DNA of 64,000 bases, taken from the NCBI GenBank assembly GCA_041937175.2, contig CP166615.1:4096001-4160000 (forward strand). Direction: 5' to 3'. Source of the stretch: Limnothrix sp. BL-A-16 (GTDB taxonomy: Bacteria > Cyanobacteriota > Cyanobacteriia > CACIAM-69d). A program made the translations under genes and the position numbers. How positions within the stretch are numbered: the stretch's first letter is position 1; the number at the start of each line of letters is the position of its first letter. This document shows positions 61,192 to 64,000 of the stretch, in pieces. The notes under the pieces are model-generated. The model had not been told where the DNA came from. It was given only the letters and a program-made list of their open reading frames with translations, and searched no databases.

Positions 61192-61980
61192 ATGCTTGAC
61201 CACGCCAACAGTTCGCCTACCGAGTTGCCACCAAAGTTGCCAGCACCCGCACCAGCGGAGGGATCGACGACCTTTTGGGGATCTTTGGTCAATGGGGCGA
61301 TCGCGGCGGGCAGTGCCATTACCCTGCTGTGGTTGGGCTTGAACCTGTCGGAGTTGTCGCCATCGGGGGCAAATTATTTGGGCCCAGCCTTGAAGCTGAG
61401 CGAAGGCGTGGCCATTCCGCCTCTGGCCATGCGGGGCGGAGACCCTTATCTGCGGGCCTTGATGCGGACCATTTCGGTGAGCGAGGCCAATGGTCGCGAT
61501 CCTTACGCGATGCTTTACGGCGGCCGACGGGTTCGGAACCTGAGCCAGCATCCCCAGGAATGCGTGACGATTTTGCTGGGGCCCAATATGGGCAATTGCT
61601 CCACGGCGGCGGGTCGCTATCAAATGCTCGATCGCACCTGGTTTGAAAAGGCAAAGGCCTATCACCCCGATCGCCACAGTTGGGGGGTCTTGGGCCGCTA
61701 CAGTTTTGAGCCGGTTTATCAAGATTGGGTGGTTTATCGTTGGCTGAACGATCGGGCTGCTTGGGGGGTTGATTTGCGCCAGGCCTTGCGCCAGGGCCAG
61801 CTCGATCGAGTGTTGCGCCGTCTGTCTGGGACTTGGACGAGCTTGGGCTATGGCATTGAAACCAACCGCATGACCCGCTTGCTGCCCAGTGCCTATCGTC
61901 AAATTTTGCGGGAAGAGTTGAAACGAACTCAGGGGCCCGCCCAGCGGCCCGCCCAATCCAGCCCCGCTCCAGTGCCCTAG
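61192..61980 (+). CDS. Membrane-anchored lambda-lysozyme-like muramidase/transglycosylase
   Basis: LMRTISVSE, STAAGRYQML, FEPVYQD, WTSL, plus an N-terminal hydrophobic segment. Confidence 0.78.
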   Translation: MLDHANSSPTELPPKLPAPAPAEGSTTFWGSLVNGAIAAGSAITLLWLGLNLSELSPSGANYLGPALKLSEGVAIPPLAMRGGDPYLRALMRTISVSEANGRDPYAMLYGGRRVRNLSQHPQECVTILLGPNMGNCSTAAGRYQMLDRTWFEKAKAYHPDRHSWGVLGRYSFEPVYQDWVVYRWLNDRAAWGVDLRQALRQGQLDRVLRRLSGTWTSLGYGIETNRMTRLLPSAYRQILREELKRTQGPAQRPAQSSPAPVP

Positions 61981-62034
61981 CCAGACATGGCGTTCGATCT
62001 CGCCTCGCCACTGGGCCAGGGTTGTTGGGACAAC

Positions 62035-62895
62035 CTAGGCGACGCGCTGTTCAGTGACCAGGGTTAAGCTAGCCCAGGCTCCCTGAGCATCGTAGCTGCG
62101 GATCAGCCGTTGGCGCAGATTGGGGTTGATCAGCCAACCGGCCTCCAAAAAGAGCGGCTGTCGATAGTTGAGTTGCGTAGGAAAGGTGGCAGAAATTCCG
62201 TTGGGCAGCAAGAGCACCGTGCTGTTGCCTGCGCGGAACTCCAGCCGATTCCCTACAATCGCCGCGTCAGAGCCGATCGCCTGATTTCCGAACTTGAGCG
62301 TTTGCACCAGCCGATCGCCCGATCGCCGAACTTCCAGGTGCGACATGCCTGTTTGAGCCGGCTGAAAATCTGGATAGACCGTCACCCACTGCCCTTGCCA
62401 AACCCCCGGCAGCGCGGTTAACAGCGCTTCAGGGGTGAGCGGTTGGCCCGGCGGCAAGGTCGGCATAGGATCCAGGGTTTCCCGAATCAGGGAAAGGGGC
62501 ATTAACTGCGCTGCCTTGTCGTAGCGGATCACCACCCTTACCCGCAAGGGCCGAGCCACCAATCCCAACTCGGCCCCAAATTCGGAAAAGGGCCCCAATT
62601 GCATGGAGCCTTGGGAAAATGCGCCGGTTTCGAGGGCTAAGAATCCTCGCCCCAGGCTGCTGTAGGTGAGTTCTAAATCTTGAACAGGGGCAGCGGTTTC
62701 GATTTCAGGAAATTGTCCATCGGTTGTGGGGGCAAATTGACGCACCCGCTGATGAATGGTTTTGCCACCTTCGAGGGGGGTAATGCTGGTGATGCTGGGA
62801 CGATCGCTGAGGAGTTGTCCTTGGTCATCCGCCGTGGCAAAAGATCCATACCACTCACCCACGTTCTCTAGCAAGCAGTCCCAGGTCGATCGCAT
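62035..62895 (-). CDS. DUF3598-like cyanobacterial protein
   Basis: WDCLLENVGEWYGSF, GAFSQGSMQ, LEAGWL, RQRLIRSYD. Confidence 0.75.
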   Translation of the reverse strand: MRSTWDCLLENVGEWYGSFATADDQGQLLSDRPSITSITPLEGGKTIHQRVRQFAPTTDGQFPEIETAAPVQDLELTYSSLGRGFLALETGAFSQGSMQLGPFSEFGAELGLVARPLRVRVVIRYDKAAQLMPLSLIRETLDPMPTLPPGQPLTPEALLTALPGVWQGQWVTVYPDFQPAQTGMSHLEVRRSGDRLVQTLKFGNQAIGSDAAIVGNRLEFRAGNSTVLLLPNGISATFPTQLNYRQPLFLEAGWLINPNLRQRLIRSYDAQGAWASLTLVTEQRVA

Positions 62896-62959
62896 GGCCC
62901 ATAGCAGAGAGAGGACTCCATCGATGGTATCGTAGTACCCGCAACGTTTCGAGACATTC

Positions 62960-64000
62960 ATGGACTCGCCACAGCCCTTGCGCCGCACCAAAATCGTCGC
63001 CACCATTGGCCCCGCCACTAACACGCCCGATGTGTTGCGATCGCTCATTGAAGCCGGTGCCACGACGCTTCGCCTCAACTTTTCCCATGGCAGCCATGCC
63101 GATCATCAGTCCAACATCAAGCTGATTCGGCAAATCTCCTTTGAGCTAAATCAGCCAGTGGCGATTCTGCAAGACCTTCAGGGGCCGAAAATTCGGCTGG
63201 GCAAATTTGCTGAAGGGTCGATCGTGTTGCAAAAGGGCGATCCCTTCGTGCTCACCAGCCGGGAAGTGGTGGGTAATCAGGACGCAAGCTCCGTCACTTA
63301 CGATTTGCTGGCGGAAGAAGTGCCTGAAAATGCCACGATTTTGCTCGATGACGGGCGCGTGGAAATGGTGGTGGAACGGGTCGATCGAGCCAAGGGCGAT
63401 CTCCACTGCCGCACCATTGTTGGCGGCCGCCTCTCGAACAACAAGGGCGTGAACTTCCCCGGGGTTTACCTGTCGATCAAGGCTTTGACCGACAAGGACA
63501 AAGAAGATTTGATGTTCGGCCTCGATCAAGGGGTCGATTGGGTGGCGTTGAGCTTTGTGCGCAATCCCCAAGACGTGCTGGAAATCCGCGAGATGATTGC
63601 CAGTCGGGGCAAAAACGTGCCCGTGATCGCCAAAATCGAAAAGCACGAGGCGATCGAGCAGATGGAGGCCATCCTTTCGCTGTGTAACGGCGTGATGGTG
63701 GCGCGGGGTGATCTGGGGGTGGAACTGCCCGCCGAAGACGTGCCCGTTCTGCAAAAGCGCCTGATTCGCACGGCTAATCGCCTGGGAATCCCGATCATCA
63801 CGGCAACCCAGATGCTCGACAGCATGGTCAGCAACCCACGGCCCACCCGTGCGGAAATCTCCGACGTGGCGAATGCCATCTTGGACGGTACTGATGCGGT
63901 AATGCTGTCCAACGAAACCGCTGTGGGTCAATATCCCGTGGAAGCCGTGGCCACCATGGCTCGGATTGCTGTGCGGATTGAACAGGAAAAATTCCAGTTC
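62960..64000 (+). CDS. pyk: Pyruvate kinase (3' end runs off the window; absent from the ORF track)
   Basis: Hand translation gives [68 protein letters not shown]. Confidence 0.96.
   Translation, partial: MDSPQPLRRTKIVATIGPATNTPDVLRSLIEAGATTLRLNFSHGSHADHQSNIKLIRQISFELNQPVAILQDLQGPKIRLGKFAEGSIVLQKGDPFVLTSREVVGNQDASSVTYDLLAEEVPENATILLDDGRVEMVVERVDRAKGDLHCRTIVGGRLSNNKGVNFPGVYLSIKALTDKDKEDLMFGLDQGVDWVALSFVRNPQDVLEIREMIASRGKNVPVIAKIEKHEAIEQMEAILSLCNGVMVARGDLGVELPAEDVPVLQKRLIRTANRLGIPIITATQMLDSMVSNPRPTRAEISDVANAILDGTDAVMLSNETAVGQYPVEAVATMARIAVRIEQEKFQF

Noticed and set aside
1..64000. HIP1 (GCGATCGC) over-representation as a novelty
   Set aside because: This is a well-known cyanobacterial feature; it was used only as a taxonomic and foreign-DNA indicator.

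Overview
This 64 kb window is chromosomal DNA from a cyanobacterium, as shown by the abundant HIP1 octamer GCGATCGC, btpA, labA and an SLH-domain porin. It is mostly core genes: adhE, cysE, galE, a cyanobacterial-type mrp/mnh antiporter cluster, a natB-like binding protein, tRNA-Ser(GCT), labA, leuA, btpA, ftsX, PrxQ, gmd, hemW, tolC, a ferredoxin, a porin, clpX and a partial pyk. It also has two histidine kinases and two small AT-rich islets (a PIN-toxin pair; Mrr plus Uma2). The most notable items are: (1) a threonine-synthase-like PLP enzyme paired with a MoaD/CysO-type sulfur carrier, behind an IscR/Rrf2-type operator and an NtcA-like box, which is a candidate sulfur-carrier-dependent homocysteine route; (2) a methyltransferase-less OvoA-type sulfoxide synthase coupled to EgtD; (3) two different ~130-bp MITE shells that carry the same central REP-like palindrome, one starting at the stop codon of a STAND/NB-ARC gene that lacks a sensor domain; (4) frequent short tandem duplications that put low-complexity inserts into conserved enzymes; and (5) Yfr1-type sRNA target sites at envelope genes. 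No CRISPR array, prophage, integrase or intact transposase was found. All calls come from reading motifs by eye; no searches were run.
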